Below, piece after piece: positions 45,338 to 56,134 of a stretch of DNA of 64,000 bases; position 1 is the first letter of the stretch; each line of letters opens with the position of its first letter. The stretch lies in NCBI GenBank assembly GCA_964649705.1, contig CAZYRM010000006.1, positions 6,306 to 70,305 on the forward strand. The letters run 5' to 3'. The notes beneath the pieces are model-generated. The model searched no databases and had not been told where the DNA came from. It saw nothing but the letters and a program-made list of their open reading frames with translations. The stretch comes from an uncultured Planctomycetia bacterium (lineage in GTDB: Bacteria > Planctomycetota > MHYJ01 > WSZJ01 > CAZYRM01). A program made the translations under genes and the position numbers.

Positions 45338-46339
45338 CTACCACCAGTCCTCCTCGACCTCCTCGAGCATCCCTTCCACTTCCTCCGGCTCCATCGCCTC
45401 CGCGGGGCCCTTCCTCGTCAGCTCGTCGACGATCTCCGCGAGGCCGACGCGCGGGGAGAACTTCAGCTCCTCCTTCATCCGCTTCGTGTCCGCGACGCAG
45501 TTGAACTTCAGGCTGTCCACCTCGATCGGGATCTGCTTGAACGAGGCGAACCCCGGCGCGATCTTGAGCGCCAGGTTCGCGATCGGGGCGAACACGGAGA
45601 GGTAGGCCCGGTTCCCCTTGCGCAGGAGCTTGAGGAGGGGGATCACGCCGTCGGCCGCCACGTTCACGGCTCCCCGGACGTCCTGGCGGCAGGCCGCGAG
45701 GAGCGCCTCCACCGCGTCGTCCTCGTGGAGGAGCTGGAGGAGCGGGTCGAACCCCATCGCGGTCGGCGGGCTCGGGAGCCCGAGATACCGCGAGAGGGGG
45801 GAGTCGCTCGTCGGGCCGAGGAGCGGCGCGAAGCGGAGGATCGTCGTCACGAGCTTCGGGTGCGTCGCGACGAACTCCTTGGCGTACCGCTCGACCTCGA
45901 TGCGCTCCTTGAGCCACGCGAGGTGCGGGCGGCCCCTGAGCGGCCGCGTCTCGACCAGGTAGTTCGGGTTGTCGTAGACCGCCCCGTAGGCCCACGTCGT
46001 GCTCGCGAGGACGAGCTTCCGTGCCCCCGCCTCCGCGGCCGCCGCGGAGACGTTGAGCATCCCCATCACGTTCCGGTCGAAGACCTCCTCCTGGTGGCGG
46101 TACTCTTCCAGGAAGTCGAGGTGGACGACCGTGTCGACCTTCTTCTCGGAGATGAAGTCGACGAGCGCGGCGTCGCGCGGGTCGACCTCCTCGACCTCGA
46201 CCTTCTTCGGCGAGGGCGGCCCTTCCTCGGGGCCCGCGAGGCCGTAGACCTTGCGCGTGCCCGGGAGGGACCAGAGGCGGGAGGCAAGGGACCGGGCGAG
46301 GACGCCGTGGATCCCCGTGACGAGGTACACGCCTTTCAT
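45338..46339 (-). CDS. NAD-dependent epimerase/dehydratase family (SDR) protein
   Basis: N-terminal Rossmann VTGIHGVLARSL, YxxxK-type region. Confidence 0.7.
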   Translation of the reverse strand: MKGVYLVTGIHGVLARSLASRLWSLPGTRKVYGLAGPEEGPPSPKKVEVEEVDPRDAALVDFISEKKVDTVVHLDFLEEYRHQEEVFDRNVMGMLNVSAAAAEAGARKLVLASTTWAYGAVYDNPNYLVETRPLRGRPHLAWLKERIEVERYAKEFVATHPKLVTTILRFAPLLGPTSDSPLSRYLGLPSPPTAMGFDPLLQLLHEDDAVEALLAACRQDVRGAVNVAADGVIPLLKLLRKGNRAYLSVFAPIANLALKIAPGFASFKQIPIEVDSLKFNCVADTKRMKEELKFSPRVGLAEIVDELTRKGPAEAMEPEEVEGMLEEVEEDWW

Positions 46340-46419
46340 GCGAGGCTCCCTGAACGGCGGGGATCGTAGGGGCCGGACCGCCTGAAGTCAAGGCCGCCGC
46401 CTGCGGGCGCGGGGTCCCG

Positions 46420-47217
46420 CTACTTCTTCGGCGCGGGGCCCTCGCGCGTCTTCACGCCGAAGAAGATGGCGTCGCCGCGCTCGGACTTGCGCTCGTCGTA
46501 CTGCCTCGCCTGCTCGACGGTGAGGAGCGACTTGATCCGCTCGTCCGTCTTGCGGCCCATCTCCTGCATCTTCTCTTTCATGACCTCGGGCTCGGGAAGC
46601 TCGCCCGACCCGTCCCAGAAGGACTGCATCTCCTTCTCGCGCTCGTCCCAGACCTTCTGGATCTCGGCCTTCTGCGTCTCTGAGAGGGCGAGCTCCTTCG
46701 CGAGGGCGTCGATGTCGTTGAACCCTCCCATGACGGGCGCATGGAACGTCACGGCCGACATCGCCCCGGCCGGTTCCTCGGCCATCGTCTCTCGGACGAC
46801 GTCCTTGATCGCCTCGCGGGTCAGGTCGTCGAACGTCGGGCCTGCAGGCGCCGGGAGGCCTGCCCCTGCCGGGGCCCCGGCGGCGACGGGGCCGTCCGAG
46901 GAGGCCGCCGCGGAGGTCGAGGCGCCTCCGGCGAGGGCGCGGACGCGCGTGGAGAGGTCGGCCACCTGGCGGCGGAGGGCGTCGATCTCGGACGGCGCGG
47001 GGAGGGCCGCGGCGGGCGGCTGCCCCGCGGGCAGCCCGACCACCTCGCGCGCCGGCGCGGGCGCATCGGCCGCGGGGCGGCGCTCGATCTGCGAGACCTT
47101 CGCGGAGAGGGCCTGGAGGTCGGCGCGGATCTGCATGATCGCCCAGGCGGAGAAGCCCATGCCCGCGAGGGCGGCGAGAAGGAGGGTGGAGAAGACGACC
47201 TTGAGCGGCGTGGACAT
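46420..47217 (-). CDS. hypothetical membrane-anchored protein (Ala/Pro-rich linker)
   Basis: N-terminal TM LKVVFSTLLLAALAGMGFSAWAIM; longer ORF N-extension overlaps tRNA-Gly so rejected. Confidence 0.45.
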   Translation of the reverse strand: MSTPLKVVFSTLLLAALAGMGFSAWAIMQIRADLQALSAKVSQIERRPAADAPAPAREVVGLPAGQPPAAALPAPSEIDALRRQVADLSTRVRALAGGASTSAAASSDGPVAAGAPAGAGLPAPAGPTFDDLTREAIKDVVRETMAEEPAGAMSAVTFHAPVMGGFNDIDALAKELALSETQKAEIQKVWDEREKEMQSFWDGSGELPEPEVMKEKMQEMGRKTDERIKSLLTVEQARQYDERKSERGDAIFFGVKTREGPAPKK

Positions 47218-47280
47218 GGAGGGCCTCCCTTCGGCGCCCCCTCGGGGGCTCGGGAGGGGGTCAACGTCATCGCGGAGAAG

Positions 47281-47353
47281 AGCGGGCGATCGGGCTCGAA
47301 CCGACGACATCCACGTTGGCAACGTGGTGCTCTACCAACTGAGCTACGCCCGC
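47281..47353 (-). tRNA. tRNA-Gly (anticodon GCC)
   Basis: acceptor GCGGGCG/CGCCCGC, D-arm GCTC-AGTTGGTA-GAGC, anticodon loop TTGCCAA, T-arm GTCGG-TTCGAGC-CCGAT. Confidence 0.85.
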
Positions 47354-47493
47354 GTAGGGGCGGCATCATAGGAACTCGCCGAGGGGGGTGTCAAGCGTGA
47401 GGAGGCGGTTTCCGCTCCTCCCGCCGGGGCCGTGCACGGGGACGGTCGCGGGTTCGTGCTGACCTCCCGTTCGCATTCCTGTATCCTCTTGCG

Positions 47494-48783
47494 ATGCGGA
47501 TCCTTCAGGACCTCCCCGGCCGATCTCTGCACCTCCAGGAGACCCGCTCCGCCGGCATGCAGTTCGGCTGCGTCCTCCTGTTCCTCGCCCCGTTCTGGCT
47601 CGTCCCGCTGGTCCCTCTCGTCCTGATCCTGTCCGGGACGGCCGGTGCCACCCCCGACCGGGGCTCCACCGCCGGAATCCTCGGCTTCATGGTCTTCTGG
47701 TACGCCATCGTCGGCGTGATGACCGCGATCGTCCTCTACTCCTCACGGCGGCCCGTCCGCGTGACCCTCGACCGGGACGCGGGGGAGTGGACCGTCGAAG
47801 AGCGCGGGGTCCTCGGCCTCCTTCCCCGCACCCTCTCCGTCCCCCTCCTCGAGCTCAGCGAGCTCCAGCTCTCCACCACCCGCGGCCGCGGCGTCGTCCC
47901 CGGCGTCGGCCTCGGCCTCCAGGCGAGGCTCCGGCGCGACGGCGGCCGCGAGGAGGCCTTCCGCCTCGTCGTCGACGGCCTCGACAAGCGCGACGAGGTG
48001 ATGGACTTCGCCTTCCGCTGCGGTGCCATCGCGGGCCTGCGCGGGTACGCCATCGGGAGGAACGACCCGCGCGAGTTCGAAATCACGCTGACGCGCGACC
48101 TGGCGGGCCAGGAGGCGGTCCCGCCCGTCGAGCGGCCGTCGAATTACGCGATGGACGAGGTGAGCGTCCACGTCGAGCTTCCGCAGGAGGTGATCCCGTC
48201 CTTCGACCCCAAGGGATACAAGAGCTCCTTCCAGGTCCAGGCGTGGGAGCCGGGCCGCGAGATCCGCCTCTTCAAGCCGTTCCAGGCCGCGGCCGTCGGG
48301 TGCATCTCGGCCGTCCTGGTGCCGTTCGCGGGGTACGGCGCCTACGCGATGTTCACCTCGCGGATCACCGGCTCCGGGGACCCGCTCGGCAACTTCCTGG
48401 TCGGCCTCCTGTGGACCGGCATCCCGTTGGTCCTCCTCGCCGCGGTCGTGTGGCACTCACTCCCCGTCCTCTCGGTGATCGACTGGGCCTCTCGCACGGT
48501 CGTCGTTGCGCGCACGAGGCGGACGAGGTCGATGCCGTTCGACGAGCTGACCGGAGTCGAGTCGCGCGGAGTGCGGACCTACCACAGCGGCGGCAAGAAC
48601 CAGAGCTCGTACAACAGCTACAGGGTCCAGACCTGGATCCACGCCCACGGCGGGGCGGAGCTGCTCGCGGAGACGGACGACATGCGCGAGGACCCGACGA
48701 CGCCCTACCGCTGCGGAATGCCGCTCGGCGTCGACCTGGCCGGCGCGATGGGCCTCGATCACCGCTACACGGACTACAAGTGA
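47494..48783 (+). CDS. hypothetical membrane protein
   Basis: TM helices near N-term and middle; 429 aa. Confidence 0.45.
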   Translation: MRILQDLPGRSLHLQETRSAGMQFGCVLLFLAPFWLVPLVPLVLILSGTAGATPDRGSTAGILGFMVFWYAIVGVMTAIVLYSSRRPVRVTLDRDAGEWTVEERGVLGLLPRTLSVPLLELSELQLSTTRGRGVVPGVGLGLQARLRRDGGREEAFRLVVDGLDKRDEVMDFAFRCGAIAGLRGYAIGRNDPREFEITLTRDLAGQEAVPPVERPSNYAMDEVSVHVELPQEVIPSFDPKGYKSSFQVQAWEPGREIRLFKPFQAAAVGCISAVLVPFAGYGAYAMFTSRITGSGDPLGNFLVGLLWTGIPLVLLAAVVWHSLPVLSVIDWASRTVVVARTRRTRSMPFDELTGVESRGVRTYHSGGKNQSSYNSYRVQTWIHAHGGAELLAETDDMREDPTTPYRCGMPLGVDLAGAMGLDHRYTDYK

Positions 48784-48829
48784 GCGATCCTTGCCCTGCG
48801 GCGGCCGCGTGCATAGGATCGCGCGCACG

Positions 48830-50434
48830 ATGAGCACCAACCCCCCGCCCCCCGATGAGGAGCTGCGCGTCCTGCGCCGCCTGGTCGCCCTCGCGGGGCC
48901 GCTGAACGCGGAGCTGAACCTCACCGCCCTCCTCAACCTCGTCCTGGACACCACGATCGACGCGACGGGCGCGGAGCGCGGCCTCGTGATCCACGTCGAC
49001 GCGAACCAGCAGGCGCGCGTGCAGTCCGCGCGGAACTTCGGCGGGACGCAGGCGGAAGAGCGCGACCTCGCCTACAGCCGCACGGTCGTCCAGGAGGTGG
49101 TGAAGACGGGCCGCCCGCGGACCTCGGCGGATGCGATGGACGACGCGGGTCTGGCGGGGGTCGTGAGCGTCCAGAAGCTGGGCGTGAGGTCGCTCCTCTG
49201 CGTGCCGTTCCGGATCAAGGACCGGGTCGTCGGGGCGATCTACCTCGACCATCGGGAGAAGGCGGAGGCCTTCACGCCGCTCCACCTCTCGGCGGTCACG
49301 GCGCTGGGGGACCAGGCGGCGGTCGCCATCGGGAACGCGGCGCTCTTCGAGCGGCTCTCCCAGTCGATCGTCCAGCTCAACACCCGGGTCCGCCGCCTCG
49401 AGCAGGAGGTGAAGAAGAAGCCGGCGTTCGCCGCGATCCTCGGCGAGTCGGAGGCGCTCCTTGGCGCCCTGAAGACGGCGGGGCGCGTCGCGACGAGCAC
49501 GGCGCCGGTCCTGATCCTCGGCGAGACAGGGACGGGGAAGGAGCTGGTCGCGCGGGCCGTGCACGACTCCAGCAAGCGCGCGGAGGGGCCGTTCGTTCCG
49601 GTGAACTGCGCGGCGATCCCCGTGGACCTGGTCGCGAGCGCGCTCTTCGGCCACGTGAAAGGGGCGTTCACGGGGGCGTCGTCCGACCACTCGGGATACT
49701 TCGAGCAGGCGGACGGCGGGACGATCTTCCTCGACGAGGTGGGGGACCTGCCTCCCGACGTGCAGGCGGCGCTCCTCAGGGCGCTCGGGAACGGCGAAGT
49801 CCAGAAGCTGGGGGGGAGGAAGACCCAGAAGGTGGACGCGCGGGTCGTGGCGGCGACGAACCGGCCGCTCGAACGCATGGTGCAAGAGGGGAAGTTCCGC
49901 GAGGACCTCAAGGCGCGGCTGGAGGTGGTGACGATCGCGCTGCCGCCGCTGCGAGAGCGCCGCGGCGACATCCCGATCCTGCTGGACGCCTTCGTGAAGC
50001 GGATCGGCGAGGAGTGCGACAAGCCGGGCCTCTCGATCGACGAGGAGGCGCGCCGGGTGCTGGAGAACCACGACTACCCGCAAAACGTCAGGGAGCTGGA
50101 GAACGCGGTGCGGGCGGCGGTGGCGTACTGCGAGGGGACGACGATCACGCTGGAGGACCTCCCCCCGAAGTTCCGCGAGGCGGCGAAGGACGTGCGGATC
50201 CGGGTCCCTCGGACGAACGAGGAGCTCAAGGAGGCCCTGGGTCGTGCCCAGGCGGACATCGAGAAGGCCTTCATCGTCGAGGCCCTCCGCCGCGCGGCCG
50301 GCAACGCCTCGAAGGCGGCCGCGGAGACGGGAATGAACCGCGCGCTGATGCAGCGGAAGATGAAGGAGTACGGCGTCTCCTCCCGTGACTTCCGCCGTCC
50401 CGGCGACGCGGCTCCGGAGGGCGAGGAGGAGTAG
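48830..50434 (+). CDS. sigma-54-dependent transcriptional activator (GAF domain + AAA+ sigma54-interaction domain + Fis HTH)
   Basis: GETGTGKE Walker A, GAFTGA, RELEN, C-terminal HTH; N-terminal GAF. Confidence 0.85.
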   Translation: MSTNPPPPDEELRVLRRLVALAGPLNAELNLTALLNLVLDTTIDATGAERGLVIHVDANQQARVQSARNFGGTQAEERDLAYSRTVVQEVVKTGRPRTSADAMDDAGLAGVVSVQKLGVRSLLCVPFRIKDRVVGAIYLDHREKAEAFTPLHLSAVTALGDQAAVAIGNAALFERLSQSIVQLNTRVRRLEQEVKKKPAFAAILGESEALLGALKTAGRVATSTAPVLILGETGTGKELVARAVHDSSKRAEGPFVPVNCAAIPVDLVASALFGHVKGAFTGASSDHSGYFEQADGGTIFLDEVGDLPPDVQAALLRALGNGEVQKLGGRKTQKVDARVVAATNRPLERMVQEGKFREDLKARLEVVTIALPPLRERRGDIPILLDAFVKRIGEECDKPGLSIDEEARRVLENHDYPQNVRELENAVRAAVAYCEGTTITLEDLPPKFREAAKDVRIRVPRTNEELKEALGRAQADIEKAFIVEALRRAAGNASKAAAETGMNRALMQRKMKEYGVSSRDFRRPGDAAPEGEEE

Positions 50435-50468
50435 CGCCGCTCTCGGACTTCGCCGACCTCGCGATGCC

Positions 50469-50876
50469 ATGGACACAGTGGCCGACAAGGCGTTCTACCT
50501 CCCCGACGGCGATGCCTTCGTCTCCACGGCGTCGACGCGAGGACCGTGGGACGTGCAGACGCAGCACGGCGGTCCGCCCAGCGCGCTGATGGCGCGGGCG
50601 GTCGACGCGTTGCTCGGCGACGAGCGCTCGATGTGGGTCCCCGCACGGACGACGATCGAGCTGCGCACCCGCGACGCCTGGCCCTCCGCGCGCTTCACGT
50701 CGTGGTCGCGGATGCGCATCCCGCTCGTCCCCGGCGAGACGCCCGACGGCTGGCAGCGCGCGCTGGTCTTCGCCGACGCCGCGCACGGCGACGAGGCGCC
50801 CGGGAGACCGCCACAGGCACCCGAACGGCACGCGATCAGCGGGGAGACACCGGATCGCGGACGGCGTGAGGACTGA
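50469..50876 (+). CDS. possible hotdog-fold thioesterase-like protein
   Basis: weak: DGDAFVSTASTRGPWDVQTQHGGP...; C-terminal part low complexity and overlaps convergent secretin gene. Confidence 0.3.
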   Translation: MDTVADKAFYLPDGDAFVSTASTRGPWDVQTQHGGPPSALMARAVDALLGDERSMWVPARTTIELRTRDAWPSARFTSWSRMRIPLVPGETPDGWQRALVFADAAHGDEAPGRPPQAPERHAISGETPDRGRRED

Positions 50877-52080
50877 CGAAGATGAAGTGACGGGTCTTCG
50901 CCGACTTCTCCGCCAGGCGCCTGAACATCTGGCCGAGGACCGAGGTCTCCCTGACAAAGGGGAACCTCCGAGGCGTCGGACGCGCTCCTTCCGGATGTGG
51001 CCACGCCAGGACCACGGTCTGGCCGCTCTCGATGAGCACGTGCGTCACGATGGTTGCCGGGCGCTTGCGTGCCGACGTCCCTGTGATGGCGACGCTCGAC
51101 GGGTCGTTGGACTCCTCCAAACCCCCGGCTTGCGACGCGCTCCCCATCAGGGTCTCGTCCGGCGGAATGACCGTGAGGATGAACTTGTCCGTCCCGACGA
51201 CGAGATGGGGAACGAAGCTGAGCCAGACCGCGGCGTTCGAGGCGTCGCCCCGGCGCTCTCCCATCGTGATCTGGAGCACCCCGGGCGGGGGCGGCGATCC
51301 CTGGGGCTGACTGCCCGCTCCATCCGCACCGTGTATCTGGCGATCTCGCAGGGTGCCGGTGTCGTGGATCTCCTCGCCGATAGAGTACCCAATCGAAATC
51401 CCGGTCCCCGCCTCGTGCCGGATGGCGAGGTTCGGCCGCATGATGAACTCCGTGTCGGCGTCCTGGGCGAAGAGACGGAGGGTCGCCGCCATGTCGTTGC
51501 CGGTCAGGAACGCCGGCACGCCCGCGCCGGGTGCGGAGCCCGACGGCGCGGATCCGATGTTGAACGGGAACCTCCCGCTCGTCTGGCATGCGCCGTCGCT
51601 GTTCGGGTCGCTCGGTCCGTGACCTATCGTGATTCCGCAGTCGTTGCGGCTCGACCAGTTCGCGCACATCTGGATCAGGTCCTCGTTGCTCGTCTTGACG
51701 GACGTAACGTCGAGCAGGACCTGCACGGGCTCCACGTCGATGGCGCGGATGACCTGCTCTATGTCGTCGAGCACCGCCTTCGTGTCCAACACGACGATGT
51801 GGTTCCTGGACTTGTCGTAGTCGAGTCGGCCCAGGGTCGGGAGCGGGAAGTTCGCGTCCGCCTCCTCCGCGATCAGGTGGATGACCTCGACCAGCTCCGC
51901 CCGCCTGAACTCCATCGTCACCCGCGGGGGCTTTGACACGACGATGGAGTCCCCGCTCCGCCGCGCCACGCACCGGGTCAGGTCAGCGACCTCGTCGACG
52001 GCCTGCACGTAGTGAAGGTCTTCGAATCGGACGCTGACCTTGTCGTCGATCCCGTCGTCCAGCGTGATGGCCTTGCCCAC
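50836..52080 (-). CDS. secretin family protein (T2SS/T4P/Tad-type outer-membrane channel), orphan
   Basis: secretin N-domain (NHIVVLDTKAVLDDIEQVIRAIDVEPVQVLLDV) and C-terminal secretin domain (TVVLAW...FPFVRETSVLGQMFRR...HFIFVSPHAV); start uncertain (GTG 52080). Confidence 0.5.
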   Translation of the reverse strand: MGKAITLDDGIDDKVSVRFEDLHYVQAVDEVADLTRCVARRSGDSIVVSKPPRVTMEFRRAELVEVIHLIAEEADANFPLPTLGRLDYDKSRNHIVVLDTKAVLDDIEQVIRAIDVEPVQVLLDVTSVKTSNEDLIQMCANWSSRNDCGITIGHGPSDPNSDGACQTSGRFPFNIGSAPSGSAPGAGVPAFLTGNDMAATLRLFAQDADTEFIMRPNLAIRHEAGTGISIGYSIGEEIHDTGTLRDRQIHGADGAGSQPQGSPPPPGVLQITMGERRGDASNAAVWLSFVPHLVVGTDKFILTVIPPDETLMGSASQAGGLEESNDPSSVAITGTSARKRPATIVTHVLIESGQTVVLAWPHPEGARPTPRRFPFVRETSVLGQMFRRLAEKSAKTRHFIFVSPHAVRDPVSPR

Positions 52081-52110
52081 GCGGCGCGTACGGGATAGGA
52101 TCCTCCGCGC

Positions 52111-54009
52111 ATGGCTACCCGGCTCACACGGCGACGGACCGCGCAGACCGGCCTCCTCGACCTCGGGGCGGCCCGCCAGGCGATCCTCGACCTCGCGCGA
52201 CAGCGGCAGGAGTCCGACGCCGAGGGCCGTGCGCGCCTGCAGCGGGTCGGCGAGGCGATCGTCGGCGCGTTCCGCCAGTCCACGCACCTCCACGCGGCGC
52301 TCCGGCCCTTCCTGCAGGAGAACGCTCCGGAGCTGGTCCCCGCATGGCTGCGCGAGCGCGAGACCGCGCACGCGACCGAGCCCGCGGCGGTCGTCCGCGC
52401 GCACGCGATCGCGTCGTTCCTCCCCGAGGAGCGGGCCGCCGCGATCGCGCACGAGGGAGAGGCGCTCCTGAAGGAGCTCGCGGCGCTCGGGCGCGACAGC
52501 CTGGTGGCGCAGCTCCTGGAGACTCCCGTCTCGCTCCTCTCGGACCGCTCCGCGCGATGCCGCGCGGCGGCCTGCGAGGCGATCCTCCAGCTACGCGGGG
52601 CGTTCGAGTCGGAGGCGGCCTCGGAGCCCCGTCGAAGGCTCGAGGAGGCGCTCCGCCAGGCGCTCGAGACGGAGGACGATGCGGCCGCTTATCCGCTCCT
52701 CGCCTCGGTCGCGGCGGTGCTGGTCGACGCGCGGATCCGCCAGGGCTCCTTCTCCGAAGCGATGCCGATGCTCGACCTGCTTCGACGCCATGGGCAGGTG
52801 AAGGAGGGCGGCTCCTCCCGTCGCTCCGAGGACGCCTTCCAGGCGCTCGAGCGGATCGCCTCGGGCGTGGGTTTCGCGGTGGTGCAGGAGCGCTTCCGCG
52901 AGGGGGACCCCGACGCGATGCGGGTGGTGGAGAGCCTCGACGTGGCGGCCACGCGGTTCCTCGTGGGACAGATCCGGGCGACGGAGGGCATGGCCACGCG
53001 CGTCCGCTATGCGAGGACGATCGCCCGCGGGGGGCCGGATGCCGCGGCGATCCTGATCGACGCCACGCAGCAGACGAGTTCCCCATCGGACGTGCTTCGC
53101 CTGATGCAGGTCCTCCCCAGCGCCGCGCCCGAGAAGATGATGGAGGGGGCGCTCGACGGCCTCCTTCGTCACTCGGCGATCGCCGTCCGGAAGCGGGCGG
53201 CCCTCATGCTGTCCGAACTCGCGACCCCCCGCGCGGGGAGCCTGATCCTCGGCGCGCTCCGCGAGGAGAAGGAGCCCACGGTCCGAGCGACCCTCGCGGA
53301 GGCACTCGGGGAGCTGCGGCACAAGGAGGCCGTGCAGGTATTGCTCGACCTCGCCGACGGGAGGAACGAGGCGGACGACGTGCGGAGCGAGGCGTGCATC
53401 GCGCTCGGGAGGATCGCCGATCGCGCCGCGATCCCCGCCCTGGTGCGGCACTCCTCAGGGGGAGGAGGGGGCCTCGCGAGCCTCTTCCGCGCGACGGTGA
53501 AGGAGGTGCGCGTCGCGGCGACGCGAGCGCTCGGCAGCTACCCGACGGACCTGTCCGCGCGCGAGGCGCTCCGTCGCGCGCTCGACGACCCGCTTCCGGC
53601 GGTCCGCGGCGCGGCCAAAGACGCGCTGGAGAAGCCGCTCCACGTTCGCCCGGCGACCCGCATCGCGCCGGTGGACCCCCGTGCCGTCTCCTGGAAGCTC
53701 GCGGGGGCGCTCGGGGAGGTCCCGCTCGACCAGATCTGCCAGCTCATCGCGGCGGCCTCGAGGTCGGGCCTGCTGACGCTCCATTTCGACCAGCAGAAGG
53801 CCCTCGTCTGGTTCGATGAGGGGATCGTCGTCGCGGCCGACTTCGAGGGGAAGAAGGACCAGGCGGCCTTCAACGCCTTCTGTCGGTTGGCGGGTGGGAG
53901 TTTCTCCTTCCGCCCCAATCAGGCGGCGCCGGAGAACCGGATCCGGACGCCCGTCGCGCAGGTCCTGCTGGAGGCGTTCCGCGTCGCGGACGAGGCCGGA
54001 CGCGAGTGA
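52111..54009 (+). CDS. HEAT/PBS-lyase repeat protein with C-terminal DUF4388 domain
   Basis: VRATLAEALGEL, VRSEACIALGRI, VRVAATRALG, VRGAAKDAL repeats; C-term PLDQICQLIAAASRSGLLTLHF DUF4388-like. Confidence 0.55.
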   Translation: MATRLTRRRTAQTGLLDLGAARQAILDLARQRQESDAEGRARLQRVGEAIVGAFRQSTHLHAALRPFLQENAPELVPAWLRERETAHATEPAAVVRAHAIASFLPEERAAAIAHEGEALLKELAALGRDSLVAQLLETPVSLLSDRSARCRAAACEAILQLRGAFESEAASEPRRRLEEALRQALETEDDAAAYPLLASVAAVLVDARIRQGSFSEAMPMLDLLRRHGQVKEGGSSRRSEDAFQALERIASGVGFAVVQERFREGDPDAMRVVESLDVAATRFLVGQIRATEGMATRVRYARTIARGGPDAAAILIDATQQTSSPSDVLRLMQVLPSAAPEKMMEGALDGLLRHSAIAVRKRAALMLSELATPRAGSLILGALREEKEPTVRATLAEALGELRHKEAVQVLLDLADGRNEADDVRSEACIALGRIADRAAIPALVRHSSGGGGGLASLFRATVKEVRVAATRALGSYPTDLSAREALRRALDDPLPAVRGAAKDALEKPLHVRPATRIAPVDPRAVSWKLAGALGEVPLDQICQLIAAASRSGLLTLHFDQQKALVWFDEGIVVAADFEGKKDQAAFNAFCRLAGGSFSFRPNQAAPENRIRTPVAQVLLEAFRVADEAGRE

Positions 54010-54094
54010 GCAGTCAACCCGTCTCCTGGCAGTAGCCGTTCCCGTACCCGTGCACGGGATGCTTGACGCGGGCGCATCGTGGGGGTAACGTGCT

Positions 54095-54775
54095 TTGTAT
54101 CGTAAAGTCTCCAGGGGGATCTGGCCGATGACTGAGCACGATGCCGCGCGGGCGCTCGAGACGATCCGGACGCTCATGGAGCGCGGGACGAAGTACCAGC
54201 ACCTCTCGGGGCGGTCCGCGATCGCGGCGGGCGTCTTTGCCCTGGCGGGGAGCGCGCTCCTGGCGTTCCCCCCGCCGGGCGTCGACCCGGCGCGCGCGTT
54301 CCTCCCCGTCTGGGCCGGCGTCTTCGTCCTGGCCCTCTCGGCCGACGTGGCGTTCACGGTGCGCATGGCGCGGGGCCGCGGGGAGCCGGTCTGGAGCCGA
54401 CAGGCTCGGACCGTCGTCCTCGCGCTGCTGCCAAACTTCCTCGCCGCAATCGCGGTCACGGCGTGGCTCGTGCGAACGGGGCAGCAGGATCAGGTCCCCG
54501 CGGCGTGGATGATCCACTACGGCTGCGGGGCCCTGGCGACCTCGTTCTTCGCCCCGCGCGGGATCGGAGGGCTCGGGATCGCGTTCCTGGCCGCCGGGGC
54601 GGCGGCCCTCTTCCTGCCCCCCTCGTGGGGGACCGCAGGGCTGGCCGCGACGTTCGGAGGGTTCCACCTGGTCTACGGCACGCTCTCGCTCGGCTGGGAA
54701 CGCCGCAGGGCCGCCGGCCTGGAGGGCGCCCCGCGGCCGCTCGTCGACGCCCGCGTCGGGGCAGTGGAGGAGTAG
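54095..54775 (+). CDS. hypothetical membrane protein
   Basis: 4-5 TM helices. Confidence 0.4.
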   Translation: MYRKVSRGIWPMTEHDAARALETIRTLMERGTKYQHLSGRSAIAAGVFALAGSALLAFPPPGVDPARAFLPVWAGVFVLALSADVAFTVRMARGRGEPVWSRQARTVVLALLPNFLAAIAVTAWLVRTGQQDQVPAAWMIHYGCGALATSFFAPRGIGGLGIAFLAAGAAALFLPPSWGTAGLAATFGGFHLVYGTLSLGWERRRAAGLEGAPRPLVDARVGAVEE

Positions 54776-54778
54776 GAC

Positions 54779-55141
54779 ATGGCAACCGCGAAACACCAGC
54801 AAGTCGGCCCTGCCAGGATGAAGAGGACGGCGCTCCCCGGGCTCGTCTTCGAGCCCGTCGATCCCGTCATCCACCAGCCGGCCCGGCTCTCCATCCTCTC
54901 CGTCCTTGCCGCCTCGGAGTCGATGACGTTCTGCGAGGTGAAGGAGCTGACGGGCCTCACCGACGGGAACCTCTCCATCCACGTCCGCAACCTGGAGACG
55001 CACGGGCTCGTCAAGGTGGACAAGTCGTTCGTCGACCGCCGCCCCCAGACGCGCTACTCGCTCACCCCGAAGGGGCGAAAGGCCTTCGCCCAGTACCTCG
55101 GGCAGCTCGAGGAGTTCCTCAGGAGACAGAAGGGCCACTAA
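54779..55141 (+). CDS. winged-helix transcriptional regulator
   Basis: ARLSILSVLA...MTFCEVKELTGLTDGNLSIHVRNLETHGLV...RYSLTPKG wHTH; element copy at codons 6-13. Confidence 0.55.
   Translation: MATAKHQQVGPARMKRTALPGLVFEPVDPVIHQPARLSILSVLAASESMTFCEVKELTGLTDGNLSIHVRNLETHGLVKVDKSFVDRRPQTRYSLTPKGRKAFAQYLGQLEEFLRRQKGH
54794..54817 (+). repeat. copy 5 of 24-nt element (CACCAGCAAGTCGGCCCTGCCAGG), encodes HQQVGPAR
   Basis: 20/24 match to consensus. Confidence 0.6.
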
Positions 55142-55213
55142 CCGCGCACGTGAAGCGCGCCCGTCGCGCCGAATGCTTTGCCTGACAAAGGACTCATAGG
55201 GGGGAAGCCGACC

Positions 55214-56134
55214 ATGCGGATCGTCCTCGCGGAGGCCATGGGGATGTGCTTCGGCGTGCGGGACGCGATTGAGATCGCGCTGAGGGAGGCGTCCCGCGGG
55301 CCGATCACCGTCCTCGGCGAGCTCGTCCACAACCCCGTCGTCGTCTCGCGCCTCCGCGCCGCGGGCGTTGCGACCGCGCGGACCCCCGAGGAGGTCGGAA
55401 CGCCGCGCGTCCTCGTGAGCGCGCACGGCGCATGCGAGGCCGTGCGCGAGGCCCTCCGCGCCCGGGGACACGAGGTCCTCGAGGCCACCTGTCCGCTCGT
55501 GTCCCGAGTGCACCTCGCCGCGGCGCGGCTCCACGCGGAGGGGTACCACGTCGCGATCGTCGGACTGGAGGGGCACACGGAGGTCCGCGGCGTCGTCGGA
55601 GACCTGCCGGAGTCGACCGTGGTCCTCTCCGACGACGACGTCGAGCGCCTGAGGGGGAGGGCGCGGATCGGGGTCGTCGCCCAGACGACCCAGCCTCTCC
55701 CGCGCGTCCTTGCGCTCGTCCGGACGATGCGCGAGAGGCTCCCCGGCGCCGAGGTCCGCCTCGTCGACACCGTCTGCCAGCCGACGAAGGACCGTCAGCT
55801 TGCGGCCGAGAGGCTGGCTGCGCAGGTGCAGGCGGTCTTCGTCGTGGGCGCGGCCCACAGCAACAACGCGAGGGAGCTCGCGGCGACCTGCGAGCGGATG
55901 GGGGCGAGGGTCCATCGCGTCGCGGGAGCCGACGAGGTGCGGGAGGAGTGGACCGAGGGCCTCGACGCCGTGGGCCTCACGGCGGGGACGAGCGTCCCGG
56001 ACGACGTGATCGACGCGGTCGTCCTACGACTATTTGAAGGCGCTCGCCGCGCAGATGAGCAGGCAGGGCGACAGGACCATGAGCCCGTTCAGGATGAGGC
56101 CGGCAATCGCGAGCCCCTTGCGGACGTTGCTTAG
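55214..56134 (+). CDS. ispH: 4-hydroxy-3-methylbut-2-enyl diphosphate reductase
   Basis: three cluster cysteines (GMCFGV, ATCPLV, DTVCQPT), VGAAHSNNARE. Confidence 0.85.
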   Translation: MRIVLAEAMGMCFGVRDAIEIALREASRGPITVLGELVHNPVVVSRLRAAGVATARTPEEVGTPRVLVSAHGACEAVREALRARGHEVLEATCPLVSRVHLAAARLHAEGYHVAIVGLEGHTEVRGVVGDLPESTVVLSDDDVERLRGRARIGVVAQTTQPLPRVLALVRTMRERLPGAEVRLVDTVCQPTKDRQLAAERLAAQVQAVFVVGAAHSNNARELAATCERMGARVHRVAGADEVREEWTEGLDAVGLTAGTSVPDDVIDAVVLRLFEGARRADEQAGRQDHEPVQDEAGNREPLADVA

